From Rhina ancylostomus (taxonomy: Eukaryota): a stretch of DNA of 64,000 nt. The notes under the pieces were generated by a model, which worked only from the letters and a program-made list of their open reading frames with translations, had not been told where the DNA came from and made no database searches. The position numbers and the translations under genes were made by a program. Shown piece after piece: positions 12,510 through 25,885 of the stretch. Location: positions 75,673,830-75,737,829 of the forward strand of contig JARFYF010000074.1 in assembly GCA_030265395.1 (NCBI GenBank), given 5' to 3'. Numbering within the stretch: position 1 is the stretch's first letter; every line of letters starts with the position of its first letter.

Positions 12510-15500
12510 CAGTTTGGATGTCTGCTATTTACTTCCTGNNNNNNNNNNNNNNNNNNNNNNNNNNNNNNNNNNNNNNNNNNNNNNGGGGCCATGTCTTCTC
12601 CCTTGTCTGGCAGTCCAATTCATCTTTACCAGACATAGGGAACAGTAAGAAAACACCCTGTAAACAGACTGACATGAAGCCATAAAATAATCTGATCCAA
12701 ACTAGTTTAAAATACTACTAAACCTTCATAAAAATTGATCGAGGGGAGTCGTGAGGACTGAAGGATAGAAATGCTGGAAATATACAGCAGCTCACTAAGC
12801 ATTAGAAGTGCCCAGACCTATTCCTGGCTGTGGCATTAAATGTGGAGCAATGAACTGAATATCAGTAAATGAGAAAGAATGAATCTATCTGTAATTGGTT
12901 CGGTCTAACACAGCGATGCCATATTAAAACCCATTGCACTCCTTGGAATTTATTTTTGCCATTAGTTGCTTTGCAGGACAAAGCCTGTGTGTGCATTTTT
13001 ATTGTTTAAAAGAAGCAGAAAGGCAAGACATTTCCAAAGTATTTGGCTTTACAGTGAGTGCTCCTCGTGCAATTAATAGCCCAAATCTTCATGCAGCAGC
13101 ACACTGAGGATACAATTATAATTCTAAGATAAACATTCTAAGCGATTGCCACAAGGGATTTGCATTATTCTGATAGCCAGTCACAGCACTGACATTTATT
13201 TCACTGGGATCTGAGGTAATATTGAGATTAATAGCGATATTGCTATTGGCTCAGATAAAACAGTAAATGCCTTCTTATGTTTACTTATTGACACTGCATG
13301 GTAAACACTATAAGTATGCTGTGTACACAATTATGTTTTAGGACTCTGTACAATACCATTGTGATGAATGGTCGTGCAGTTTGCTGAAGGGCTTGTTAAA
13401 ATTGGATCCAAAATTGTATTTGTTATTGACTATTTGAAAATTGGTTCAGTTTCAGCACTTTGGTGGGAGTGAAGACTGAGATTTCCACCAGATCAATCTT
13501 TTCATCAGCATGGGTATCAAATGTTTATCTGTTGAAGAGGAAAGGCTCATCATACACTAATCTTTAATGCCTTTGCTGATCAGTTACTTTGAAAAGTGAG
13601 GGTTAAGGTTGGGCAAGAATTGTAAAACCCTTAATTTTCTCTCAATATTATTCAGACGATTCACCTTACTCTGCAACAGAATGCCAGACATTAATAAGTT
13701 TTGAAAGTGAACTAATTTATATCTAATGTTTCAATCAGCCCAAAGATGTATACTAGAGTTCTGTCAAACCAAATGTATCATATTTCTAACTTTGCCTCAT
13801 ATTAAAATGGTGTCCAGTAAGCTTGGAAGCGTCAATACGCAAATGTATTGCTATCCATCATTGCCTACTTTAAATGCTCATGGGATTCCAGATACGTTTG
13901 TATATAATGGTTCAGTTTGACTTAAGTCGTGCTTGAAACCCTGCCCAGAGGAACTGACTCAGTTATATGTCCCTGCAGTCTATCATTTGTGCCAGAAACT
14001 ATCAGAAATTCCACCCAACTACACAGGAAGTGTGTGTGTGCCCTTGAATGAGATAATACTGCATATTTATTGTTATTTTAAAGGTAGCTTAATGATATTG
14101 CTGTCTTCCCAGGAATAATTCAAGGTGTATTGCTCAACAACCAAGAGGCAACCTGGATGTTAGCTTGAGTCAATGGCCTGACAAAATAGCACAAGCACCA
14201 AGAGCAGATTGTTATGAATTGTGCAGTGGAAGATTCGAGTTTTCAGGTCATTTTTATAAAGTGGAACCATTAATGTGACAGGATCAAATGATTCTGCAGC
14301 TGATATTAATGGTTCACGTGTACAGAAACCTGTGTATCAGGATGCTGTGTGAGGCGGATGGGAACATGCGTGGTGCCTTTTCTGAATATGGTTGGAGATA
14401 TCAGAGGGCATCTCATCATTCAGCCTGGTGTCAGTGCTCAATCAGAGGCATTCCTCACACTTGGTGCTCATCTTCAATTTGCATGTTCTGCCCAAACCCA
14501 GAAATTCAGCCATGTTCAACAGGATACAAGGCAGGAATGGGCAAGCTAGCAACTCCTTGACTTAAAGAGAGATACTGAACAGAGGCACAATCTCCCACTG
14601 GTTTATTTTGGAAAGCTGAATGATAAGTCTGAAGGCATTAAGATAAGATTGAAGTTGGTTTCATGCAGCTTTTCGAATGTATCACTGTTGCATTTTAAAA
14701 ATTATAGATTTAGCATTAAATGTTAATGTTTTACTTTTTTTCAACAATTTGAATAATCTGCACTAATACAAATTATATTAAAATTGGACACGGTATGTAG
14801 ATTGCCTGCAAGTTCTTCAAACCCAGGTACAATCTTTGATTTTTGCTTTGAATTGAACACTACTTCCTTAATTGTGCCTTGTGATAGTTGTAGTCCAGGA
14901 CAGCATCATCAGATTAGTTATAAGTGCTTCCTGACATATGCCTCAGTTACAAGTGCAGCCTCTCTTGAAATGGAGGGAAATGTGACACTTATTACACAAA
15001 CCAAAGCCCTCCAGCAATAAGTGAGTTAAATAATACATTCTTTGATGACCTTGATTTTGGGTGTTGAGAGAATACCATGGTGTTCTGTGATCAACACCTC
15101 AGTATTATTGAGAGGCATTTGAAAAGCAAGGAAGATAGCAGATGGTGTATTATGTTTCAGGGTCTTTTGCAAAAACTGTTACCTTTAAATATTCCGTTTC
15201 ATAACATGGTTTGCAGAAACATTAAAATCAGCTGCATGGTGATAGATAGTCAAGTTACAAATAAGCATTTGATGTTCTTTCCCCATGGACTGACAATAAT
15301 AACCAATGATAGCTTGCCTTTGCAGTTGATAAACCCCTTATAGCCCTTGAGCTGAAAACCTTTTGATTCCATTCTAACTGTCAACAGAGGAGATAAACAC
15401 AAAAATATAGGTCCCTGATAAAAGTCTGCCTTTTAAAACAATATCAACAATATTGCTAAAATTGAGACTGGAGGTTCTGAATGACCATTCAGAATCATCC

Positions 15501-15789
15501 TGCATAACTGAAGGAAGCTGATCCATCAATAAGGAGATGCAGCATCTTTGGTACTCTATTGTGTTAAGTACAATAACTCATACTCATTAAGATGAGTGAA
15601 TTGAATTGTAACCATTGCTCTATCTAATGTAATATTGGGCACACGGCCACACGAAGAAATTTAGATCCTCCAGTGGCAGTGATTGGAAAGTAGGACTGTT
15701 ATTTAATATCTTTGCGGGTAGACAGCATCTCCTCAGTGCTTATAGGAAGTATTTATTTAGATTTTGTGTTCAGAACCTAAAGTAAGATT

Positions 15790-16615
15790 GAACAAGAAAC
15801 CATACAGCAAAAATGCAGACCATTGTGCTAAGTTCCAGCATTATCTTTTTTTCCCCTCCTCCATCTTCATTCATCTTTTGTTTACATCTCCTCCAGCCAC
15901 ATCAGCTCCGATTTACATGTCTTCCCCACCCTCTCCCAGCCGCACCACCACCTCTGAGCCATTCAGGGTCCATACTTTAATAAACATGTTGTAAGGGTGC
16001 AGAAGAGGTTTGCCAGGATGCTGCCTAGATTAGGGGGTATGAGCTATAAGGAAAGGTTGTACAAACTTGGCTTTTCTCCCTGGAGCATCGGAGGCTGAGG
16101 GGAGACCTGATAGAGGTTTTTAAAATTATGAGAGGCATAGAATGTCAAATATCAGAGGGCATGATTTTAAGGTTGGGGCGAAAGTTTAAAGGCGACGTGA
16201 GGGGCAAGTTTTTACACAGAGAATGGTAGGTGTCTGCAACGGGTTACCGGGGTAGTAGTGGAAGCAGGCAGTTTAGTGGAGTTTAAGAGGCTTTTAGACA
16301 GACACATGAATATGAAGGGAATGGAGAGATATGGATAAGACACAGAGGAGGACATTGAGTATAGATGGGCATCAAGATCAGCACAACATCGCGGGCTGAA
16401 TGGCCTGTCCAGTGCTGTACTGTTGTATGTTCTATTCCCTTTTCTCTTTGCAAAAACTTAAAACATAACATTTTTCTGGTTCTCACAAAAGGTCGTCAAT
16501 CTGAAACATCAACTCCATTTCGCTCTTCACAGAAGCTGCCTCACCTATTGAGCATTCCCAAACTTTTCTCCTTTTTGTCCCCCCAGGTTTCCAGATTCTG
16601 TCTTTTTTTGCTTCT
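15790..16615 (+). mobile_element. Penelope-type terminal repeat remnant, split by a CR1 insertion
   Basis: Pyrimidine-rich segment at 15840-15990, resuming at ~16435 with aaggtcgtcaatctgaaacatcaactc...cacagaagctgcctcacctattgagcattccc, a decayed hammerhead-bearing repeat. Confidence 0.55.
15991..16434 (+). mobile_element. CR1 LINE (family B) 3' fragment
   Basis: RVQKRFARMLPRLGGMSYKERL and RRLRGDLIEVFKIMRG motifs. Typical tail gggctgaatggcctgtccagtgctgtactgttgtatgttcta. Confidence 0.9.
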
Positions 16616-17191
16616 CGATAACTGTGCTAAACTGTTGCGTTAGGGTCATTTTGTAGCTTGGTTTCAAGATGTTGAATTAGGGATTTGAGATGGAAACGTT
16701 GCTCTGCTTTTTTCAGATTTTTAAAAAAGGTTTTATTTTCAAACTGATTTATGGAGTACTCATTGCTGTATTGCTATTATGTATTTCTACTCATCATAAT
16801 GTCATGAACATTGAGATCCTAAGGTAGCTGGCTGCCTTTGCGTCTTCAGCATCACACTCCTGCTGTGTGAGGGAAAGAAAAATCAGATTGTTCATTATAT
16901 TTGTTGTAAACCAAGCACAAACATTAGGCGACAAAGAGCAGCAGTACTGTATAAAAGTAGGTGGGAATAGAAGACCAAATAATTGAGAAACACCAGGCCA
17001 ATTGACATCTTTGGAGAGAATAATTAGTGTTGCAAAACCAGAACATTGGTGTAAATAAAATTCAAAGAGAACTCTGCTGCAGACTGTATTCCCATCATTG
17101 TAATCTTGTTTCAAAGCATACACAGCACATGATTATCCTGTCTAACATGATCTCAGAAGATACACTGACAGACACAACATGGGACCTCTCC

Positions 17192-17921
17192 AGAGTCAAA
17201 GTTGAGTTTATTGTCACATGCACAAGGACATGTATGCACAGATGTAATGAAAAACTTGTTTGCAGCAGTGTCATAGGCACATAACACCAGGGACACAATG
17301 CTCACAAGTAAAACATACATTACAGATAAATTACACAAAATTATACAAGAAAAAACACAATTAGGACAAGAAGAAACAAAGTCCATTGTCGTGCAAAGTG
17401 GTCAAAGTGTTGCTATTCCTGAAGTGGTGATAAGGATTGTGCAGATTGGTTCAAGAACGGAATAGATGAATGGATGGCACTGTTCTTGAACTTAGTGGTG
17501 TGGGACCTCAGGCTTCTGTACCTACAGCCTGAAGGTAGCTGTGAGAAGATGGATCGTGAGGATCTTTGATGACAGATATTGCCTTGTAAGAAAGTAAAGA
17601 CACTGGCACACTTTCCTTGTGATACATCTCTGTGCTGGGCCCAGGATGTGTTAATGCCCTGGAATTTAAAGCTGTTGACCCTTTCCACCCTCAATCCATC
17701 ATTGTAGACTGGTGCATGCTTCCCCTTCTTCCCCTTCCTGAAGTCAGCAATCAGTTCTTTAATTTTACTGACTTGGAGCAAGAGGTTGTTGTTGCGGCAC
17801 CACTCAACCATGAGTCCTATCTCGCTCCTGTATGGTGAGTCATTAACACCTGTGATTTGTCCAACAACAGTGGTGTTGGCAGTGCATTTGTATATGGCAT
17901 TGGAGCTTTACTTAGATGCAC
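17192..17921 (-). mobile_element. Rex1/Babar-type LINE 3' fragment
   Basis: ORF 17413-17811: EWCRNNNLLLQVSKIKELIADFRK...VERVNSFKF. 3' tail reads catgtgacaataaactcaactttgactc on the minus strand. Confidence 0.85.
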
Positions 17922-20039
17922 ATCATTACTGGAGCAGCTTCAGTGCCTTTTCCTTTCATTCTGCTCCTCTTGTGTTTGATCTGGTCTCAAGAGGTTTTGG
18001 TGCCAAGCTGAGAATTGCAGAACAAAGACAGCATGGTTAATGCAGGAATCATTCCTTACATATGAGTTATAAATCTAATGTGCTGCACAGAGATGTGTAA
18101 AATAAAGATTTAGAGCAGCCAACGAGGGCACACGCAGGCAGGTCATTTGTCATAATTTTGGTTGCCAATTTCTGTTGGCCCTGCATCTAATAGCTAGTTT
18201 CAGAGACTGTCGTTTGTAACCTTGCATGGAATTTAGTGAAATTGGTGTCTGACTATTTTTAAAGCCAGTCGACATTAGATTTTAATTGGCCATGTTTATT
18301 GACAATGTTTTTCCAGCTTAACCACCCATCAACAATGTTAATTTTTGTGTAACTTGAGAGAGTATAACATTATCATTGGGAGGGGTGACTGAGGAATTAC
18401 TCTGCTGCTGTTATGAACATACAGAGCAAATGACAACTTTACATACAACACCCCCAGATTAATCACCCTTTCGATATTTGGCTCCTGCTTACCTTTGGAT
18501 TATGTAACTATTTGGAGTTTATTCCTCCTTCATTGTTATCAGCACTGAACGTTGAAGCAAACATATATTTAAAGCTGTCAGACATTCCCCACTCCCAAAA
18601 ATTCAATGTGCATTGCTAACTTGTTGAAGTAGATTGGTTCGAGTCATGATCCATTATTTTGTCCATGTAACATGTGAAACATATCACTGTAATAAGCTTG
18701 AGATGACTAATTTTAAACAAACATTTCCAAGAGCCAAACAATGGTAAATAATTAAAATTACAAGCTGGTGGGGTATAGTTTCCACTTTGACAGTCCAGGT
18801 ATAAATTGTCTTGCAAATCTGCCAGTTTTTCAAATGTATTTGCATAATTAATACCAAATGCAAAATATTCTATGAATTAGGTAACACCTCAGAGTGTAAT
18901 TTTCAAAGGAACTACAATAAATTTCTTGATATATTTAAGAGTGATCATCTGGTGTCATTTTATTAATACAAGTGAAAGGCTCCTCGCAAGATATATTTTT
19001 AATAGGAGAATCTTGTTCACCACCTGCAACCTGAGTAACCAGATTGTAAAGAACTGAGAATATCTCTTCAATAACATATGTAGAACTATTTACTGGTTGC
19101 ATTCATATTTCACAGTTGGCTTTGAATAACTGATCTTTTAAATATTAATTCTCAGTCCCACAACATTTATTTTTCAAAAGCTTTTGAAAAAGAACCTTTT
19201 CAAAGGCCCTTGAAGGGCACAATTAAAGGGTGTTTATCACTGTGATGAATTTGATCTAGGAACAAGATTAGTTTACAGGACCATGTTCTTTTAAAGTAGT
19301 GCAAGAAGACACAGATTTATGTAAAACATGGATTGTTCTGGAAGTCCCATAATCTCTGCAATTGCTTTACCAAACTAAGCATTATCAGATGCAAAAATAT
19401 GCTGTCTTCTTTTTCCTTTCATGAGTGTTAAACTGAACAAAAGTCAGAATTATTTATCTCATTGACTGTTCTAATTTATGAACTTTTGAATAATAAAGAA
19501 CATTGAAATGCTTAAAATACCTTGCTTTTAGCGACATACATTGTTATAATTGTTTAATTGTTGGATGTGCACTGCAGCTGGACGAATGGATAGAATTTAA
19601 GTCTGATATGTTTTAATTGTTGCTGTTCCTTTAAATGGAATCAATTTAATACAGTGCCTGTTGTTGATTGAGACAATCTTTCCCCACCATTACTTTCTCC
19701 ACACTTCCCTTGACTTTGCCAACCAGACACCACCTCACACTAATACTTGCCCTACAATATTGCAACAGGGGGTGGGGGGTGGAATCAAGCTAGAATGTGT
19801 GGTCAAGTTCTGCAGTGGACATTGAATCTACTCCAAGTGTTCTGTAATCTGGGACAAACTTCTTTCTAAAAGGGAATGTAGAGAGGGATCATTGGTAGCA
19901 CAGTGTGGCATTAAAATCCAGTGCTTCCTTGCTTTGAATTTGTCTTCAGACAGAGAGAGCATGTTTCAGCTTTGCCATTTCATTAGAACTGAGTCTTGGC
20001 TCTGTCAAAAACATCATGTTTATTTCTTCAGCCTGTTGA

Positions 20040-20790
20040 ACAGGCTGTGTTTCTTTTCTCCCAGAAAAGGGAAATCTGAGGTGTTTATAATAAAGCTTAT
20101 GAATCTTTATTATAAACAAATTTATAAATAAAGTTTGATTGGGGTAGGTATACTAATGAATTGGAGGAGCACTAATTGTAAGAGAAATCCATTGGGGAAA
20201 TTCAGGAAGAGCATGAACAACCCAGAGAGCATCAAGAATGTGTTACTCCTTTTAGTCATTCGCACGATGTGAATGTCGCCTGCAAGGCTGGCATTTATTA
20301 TCTTTTCTTAATTGGCCCCAAGACATTTCAACAGGCTGTTCACGGAGAACAGTATTGGTACTTCTGGAACCACATATAGTCCAAAACAGGTTAAAAGGCT
20401 TCCCTGAGGAACATATGTGAACCATGGAGGTAGTTTCATGGTCACCATTACTGGTACCAGCTTATTGTTACGGATCTTTAAAAAAATTTAAACCCTTGAG
20501 TTAACTTCCCCAGTCGTCATGGTGAAGTTTTAATTTGTGTCCGGTTAACTTGCGTCTGGGTGAAAAGACCAGTAATGTAACTGCTCTGCCATCCTCCAAC
20601 ATTTGCTGCCGCAAGAAGTTATTGGCACGATTAGTGTCGATGCAATGAAGGGAAAGCCAGGTCAGTAAATGAAGGAGAAAGGGAGAGAAGCTCATGTTGA
20701 TGTGCTGAGATGAAGTTGAATGGGAGGAACCCTGTGTGGGACAGAAACATAGGCCAGATACATTGTTTCTATGCTGTAAAATTCATGTAA
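20040..20790 (+). mobile_element. Decayed CR1 3' end interrupted by a SINE
   Basis: ggggaaattcaggaagag...cccagagagcatcaagaatgtg before the SINE and gatgcaatgaagggaaagc...tgtttctatgctgtaaaattc after it. Confidence 0.55.
20250..20597 (-). mobile_element. tRNA-derived SINE type C (tail shared with LINE family A)
   Basis: caaggctggcatttatt tail; ctggaaccacatatagtcc...ttccctgaggaacatatgtgaacca...gtagtttcatggtcaccattac body shared with copies at 46045, 55780 and 62690. Confidence 0.7.
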
Positions 20791-21909
20791 ATTACTTTAA
20801 GTGGGTGGGAGGGACAGTTGAAACTTCTCGTCAAGTACCTTTTATCACTTTATATCAGTGTCATTTGGTCTGACGTTTTGAGATTATATTTTCACATGTC
20901 CAACAATCTATTGTCAAATTAAAGTGCTGTGTTCTGCTCCACAAAGTATAGAACATTTCCATGGTGCTTACAAGTCTGTGTTGTGCAATAAAATATCCCA
21001 TAACTCAATCATGCAAATGCACAGGGCCCTTTCTGTCCATTTTAGTTCAGTTTGTCCTGCATGATCAAAATCATGATGCATTGTGAAGTTATATCATTAC
21101 GTCAGGTCTGCACCACTCAAATCAGCCTCAGCAATGGGAAAGGTGGAGAAGTGCACAGCTATTGTTTGATCAGTGATTTCCAGAGAGCTGATCCGCAAGC
21201 ACTACGAGCGGCAGCAAATATTGAGAGATGTAATGGTAGATGGTGCTCATTGTAAGGTGAAGTTTCGGTGCAAATATCCCTGAAGCAGCAAAGATTCAAC
21301 TGTTTGATGATTTCACTGTTTGAAGAATGCAGTTCAGTTATCCAGCCTTCAGATGTGGGAGCAGCAGTCCCTTGAGCATGAGTACATGAAATACTTGATT
21401 GACATTTTGCCTCCAAAATGGCCTCTGATATGGCTTACAAAATGTGGCACAGTTGGTGCTGGATGCCTTAATGATGAGACAAACAAGGCATGCAATTAAC
21501 CCTTTAAGTATTCAGTGTGATGCCAAGATTTGATGTTAGTCTTGGTGTTTTGGAGCTCAGTACTGGGGCTTGTACCCTCCTTTTCCTTAAACTGGTGAAC
21601 AACCTTGCCACCTTTATGGTACGGTCTATGTCACCAGCTACACTGCAAGCAGCCGCACTGTGTAAAGAGGATGGGTGGGCAAAGAACCCAGACAACTCCT
21701 CTCCAGCTAGACTACCTTATGATCAACCATTTGCAATACTGATAAACATTATCTGTGCACCAATAGTTCTGAATATTTCCACCCAATACTGTATCTATTT
21801 GGCGAGAAAGCAAAACAATGGCAAAATAAACAATACAAATAAAATCATAAATGAAATAATTCCAATTTGCATGGAACAAGCAGCTAACCACCCAAGTTTG
21901 CCCCTTTGA

Positions 21910-23320
21910 TGTCTGATGTCTTTCCTATCAGAATGTTTCTACACAGTGCTACTCAATTGTCTGTATAACAGCTGGAGGAAGATACATGACTTTCACTGGG
22001 AGGTGGTGGGTGACTTAGGTGTAGAACCTTTCTGCCTTGAAGTCTCAGCCGCAGACTGCATTGCCTCATGGGAGCAGTCTGGGCTGACTGACTGGCAGGT
22101 GTTAACAAGGGCAGGGAGAAGATCACGAACAGTGCCATCCCGAGAGAAGACAACTGGTCTGCAATTCCTTAGGCATTGTGCATCACCAATCCTAGAAACC
22201 TGTTAGATCAAAGATTGTCCGGTTACTGTGAACGCTGTTCTCAATCCATGATGGTAGCAGCCTGAGCTCCCACTGCCTGTGAGGTTGCTCCTACTTTAGC
22301 TGCATTAGAAGTTGAGACCTCAGCCATTACCCACTCTTTTGTGATTTGGTCCAGAATTACGTTAATGGAGTTGGTGACTACTTCCATGCTGTCGAGACTT
22401 GGCTCCAATCTCTGCTGCAGGTCCTGTGCTGGGATGGTGCCTGACTCCACTGTGCAACTTGCCATTTCTTGAAGACTTTCAAGTAGGCCTAATAATGTCG
22501 TGACCGTTTCTTCTCAGAAACCTCCTCATCTGAGTCTTTTTTCAGCATAACCTGCACGACTTCAGCTTCTGCCAGTTGGCATCTGCACTGTCTGCAGGGT
22601 ACTCGAGCCCAATGTTTCAGCACACGCAGATTCTGCATAAAAATAACATTCAGTGTCATTGTCATTATCTGACCTGCTGGCTGTAAATACAAATCAAGTA
22701 AATGTTTTTCAACTTCACTCTCTTCTTTGCTCTTCCACTAGTAATCTCTTCTACCACTGCTTAACCAGGTTGCAGTTATCACTGTCTGAAAGAAGAGTCA
22801 CACGGGTGTTGCAGGAGAAAGAAGGCAATGCATGTGGACTCAGTTTGTTGCTTGTAAATATAAGGTTATACGATGAGATGCAAGTGAGATGTGAAGAGGA
22901 GAACCACCTCTGAGGATGCTGCCATCCTCGATCATTTCACCCAGTCCACTGGCTCTGACTTCAGCGATGGCCATTCCAATGATGCTGAACACTGACTTCC
23001 CCATGGAGGTAATGGAATACAACCATGTGAGATCTTGGCCCCTCAGATGCTCCTGCCTCTGTTTATGAACACCACTGCTGCAACAGAGATAGAAATTCAT
23101 CAGTGAGTGACATTGGATAGGATTTCCCCTGCTTAATCCATGATAATGTTTTGAAAGATTGGGTGATCTCTGAATAACAATTTGCTGTTGATAATCAATT
23201 CCACTGATTTCCATGAATTAAGACCACAGTTTCTCCTGTGTCTATTTTTGTTACCATTTTTGACCCTCCATTAAGCTGCTGCAACTTTACTCAATGTCTT
23301 TTCACCACCTCAAATGAATT
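21910..23320 (-). pseudogene. Decayed intron-containing Myb/SANT-like gene of a PIF/Harbinger transposon
   Basis: Four same-strand ORF pieces (HKQRQEHLRG..SVFSIIGMAIAEVRASGLGEMIEDG; KDSDEE; AEVSTSNAA..GAQAATIMD; PLLTPASQSAQTA) in the order I recall for chondrichthyan Harbinger accessory proteins. Acceptor-like sites at ~23078 (tttctatctctgttgcag) and ~22681 (tgtatttacag). Contains stops and frameshifts. Confidence 0.55.
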
Positions 23321-23344
23321 AGTGTCTTAAAAATCTCTTTCATT

Positions 23345-23445
23345 CATTCAAAACAGAGATCGGGAGATTCCTGGATATTGTGGGCATCAAAGGGATATGG
23401 GGGCAGTGTAGGAAAAGGGCATTGAGATAAAAGATCCAGCATAAG
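23345..23445 (+). mobile_element. Short CR1 3' fragment
   Basis: aaacagagatcgggagattcctggatattgtgggcatcaaagggatatgggg resembles KTEIDRFLD..GIKGYG. Confidence 0.6.
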
Positions 23446-25741
23446 AGATTATAGCAGGGGTAGGTAACTTCGCCATTATGTTGTTGGTGTCTCTCAAACT
23501 GTGCAAGATAAATAATATTTATATCTGGTACGATTCATTTCATTGAGCATGTGAGCTTTCATGAGACTTTCGGCTAACCATCAAAGATGTCAAGGATTTT
23601 TCTTGGGATATTAGGAAACGGCCAGTTCACTCATGAGTATTTGGGGGAAGTAAACATAAAGAATAGTTTTTATTGTGTTCTCATTTTTGGTTTCAACACT
23701 GCCGGTAACATCAATGTTTTTTTGCCTCTGCTTTTGATGAATTCTTGTGTTGCGATTTTAATGGAATTCCAGTTGGTTTCTGTGCAGTTGTTCTCGGGTC
23801 ATTTCTTTCACTGTTCGGCTTTGCCTGAAGTAATATTTTTTTTAATGTCATTTAAAATTTGTTTGTTTACCATCTTGAGTTCATTTTGAGTTTTGTTTTT
23901 GAGAATTTGTTTACCTGTTTGCTCAGCATTATTCTGTTAATTTCTTCAGTAGTTGAACAACTTTCATTCCCTAATTTATTGCTTCCATGTGTGTACCCCA
24001 TTTATTTCTGAATGAAACTCGTTTGTCTCTCAGCCTTTTTTCCTACCAATGTGGTGTAAAGGATTTCTATTGCTGCTCTAATATTCCTTGCATGTCATTT
24101 TGCTTTTATTTCATTTANNNNNNNNNNTTGGAAGTGTCCATTGAAAGGATGATTTTACATCCTCCGTCTTCAGGTCTTTGAACTAATCTGCCACCAACAT
24201 GGAGTGCCTGACTTGAAAAAGACTTCCAGACTGTGAAAACTTGAGGTCATCCTAAAAAAAACCGCATGTGCTGAGAGTGGAGGAGAGACAGGAAAATGGG
24301 AGGGAAGGAATATGGGGTTCTTTCCCCTCCCATGTCTTCAATGTCCAATCTGAGAGGAGTGCATGTAAGCCTCGATATGTGAAATGAGCAATGTAGGCTG
24401 GGACCTTTATTCCCTAACTCCACAACTTGAGTAAATGCAATGGAAGTGATAAGTTGTTCTGTATGATGAATTCCTTATGCCCAAGAGAGGAACTTTTATT
24501 TTTGCTTTATCTTCTAAAGCACACAGCTACCAGTGGAAAACCTGTGACATGATTACTGATTTTAAGACACATTGATGGCAAGCTAACTTAATCTTTGTGA
24601 ATATGAAATAATAGTTCAAGAGTATTTACTTCCATGGGATAGTAAATAGGAAATTGTACCTTCAACTTCAGTCAGAACATTTTGAAGCAAAAATCAGAAT
24701 CTTTTCGTGCTCTAGCATTTGATTAGGAAGGATTGCAGCCTGAAAAACTGCAGTTGCATGAAATTTTTTTCAACTGTTTTTTATTCCTTTACCCTCAAGT
24801 GCCCTTGAAAATATTATTCACACATCTCAAGACAATATTGGGTCTTTCTGAACAAGTCAGGTTATATTCTCCTTAATAAAGGCTTGAATTATAATATTCA
24901 TCGGAAGCGATTTCCAAATGACGTGCTTGTCAGGTTTTTATGTGTCGGTGGATTTGTGTGCTCTGAAGCAGTCAGCAGAGCAGGGTAATGGGATCTGTGA
25001 AGAACTGTCAGTTTGAACTGCTGGAAACTTAATTTTGAGGGAAAAAATTTCTGAGCTGGAAACAAGTCATAAAAATCCAGTCCCCTTAATCAATCCTGCA
25101 CAGAGGCCTTATCAGTTCCTGGCCAGATGTTCCTGAGCAAAGAAACAGCTCATTTGTTTATTACAAAGAATGAGGAGTACGGACTAGCAGGTGAACTTTG
25201 TCCGTACGAGTTCTGCTGAGACTTTTAAAAAATTGCAGAGAACTATATGAACTAATCTGGCCTGCGAGACATGCTCATTGAAGTTTCCCTTTTGATCTCT
25301 TAGAATATGCTTTGTCCCTAATTAAGCAACTCACCACAGTAATGACAGCCTAATTTGTTTTGTGTCCTGTCCCCTTTCATGAATTCAAGAGAGAATTTAA
25401 GAAATATCTGGATGGTTTCTTATTTGAAGGAGACAGATAAACCTTGAANNNNNNNNNNNNNNNNNNNNNNNNNNNNNNNNNNNNNNNNNNNNNNNNNNNN
25501 NNNNNNNNNNNNNNNNNNNNNNNNNNNNNNNNNNNNNNNNNNNNNNNNNNNNNNNNNNNNNNNNNNNNNNNNNNNNNNNNNNNNNNNNNNNNNNNNNNNN
25601 NNNNNNNNNNNNNNNNNNNNNNNNNNNNNNNNNNNNNNNNNNNNNNNNNNNNNNNNNNNNNNNNNNNNNNNNNNNNNNNNNNNNNNNNNNNNNNNNNNNN
25701 NNNNNNNNNNNNNNNNNNNNNNNNNNNNNNNNNNNNNNNNN

Positions 25742-25885
25742 GTCATAAAAACCCATTTGGTTCGCTAATGTTCTTAAGGGAAGGAGCTCCACAGTCCTCA
25801 CCAAGACGGTGACTCTGGATCTACAGCATTGTGGTTGACCCTTAATCATTCTCAGAAATGGTGAAGCAAGCCACTGGGCTGTATC
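25742..25885 (+). mobile_element. SINE type C central domain (5' part lost in gap), possibly the 5' UTR of the downstream LINE
   Basis: aaacccatttggttcgctaatgttcttaagggaagga...gtggttgacccttaatcattctcagaaatggtgaagcaagccact is the reverse complement of the body of the 62690-63025 copy. Confidence 0.75.

Noticed and set aside
25170-25228. atgagga-stem-gag arrangement resembling a hammerhead
   Set aside because: Two invariant core positions differ (C3, A14) and there is no convincing stem III or UH cleavage site; kept only as a hairpin.
25397-25849. Long ORFs in the track here and at 42460-42963, 50307-50660 and 52813-53478
   Set aside because: Their length comes from runs of N; the flanks are SINE or LINE sequence.
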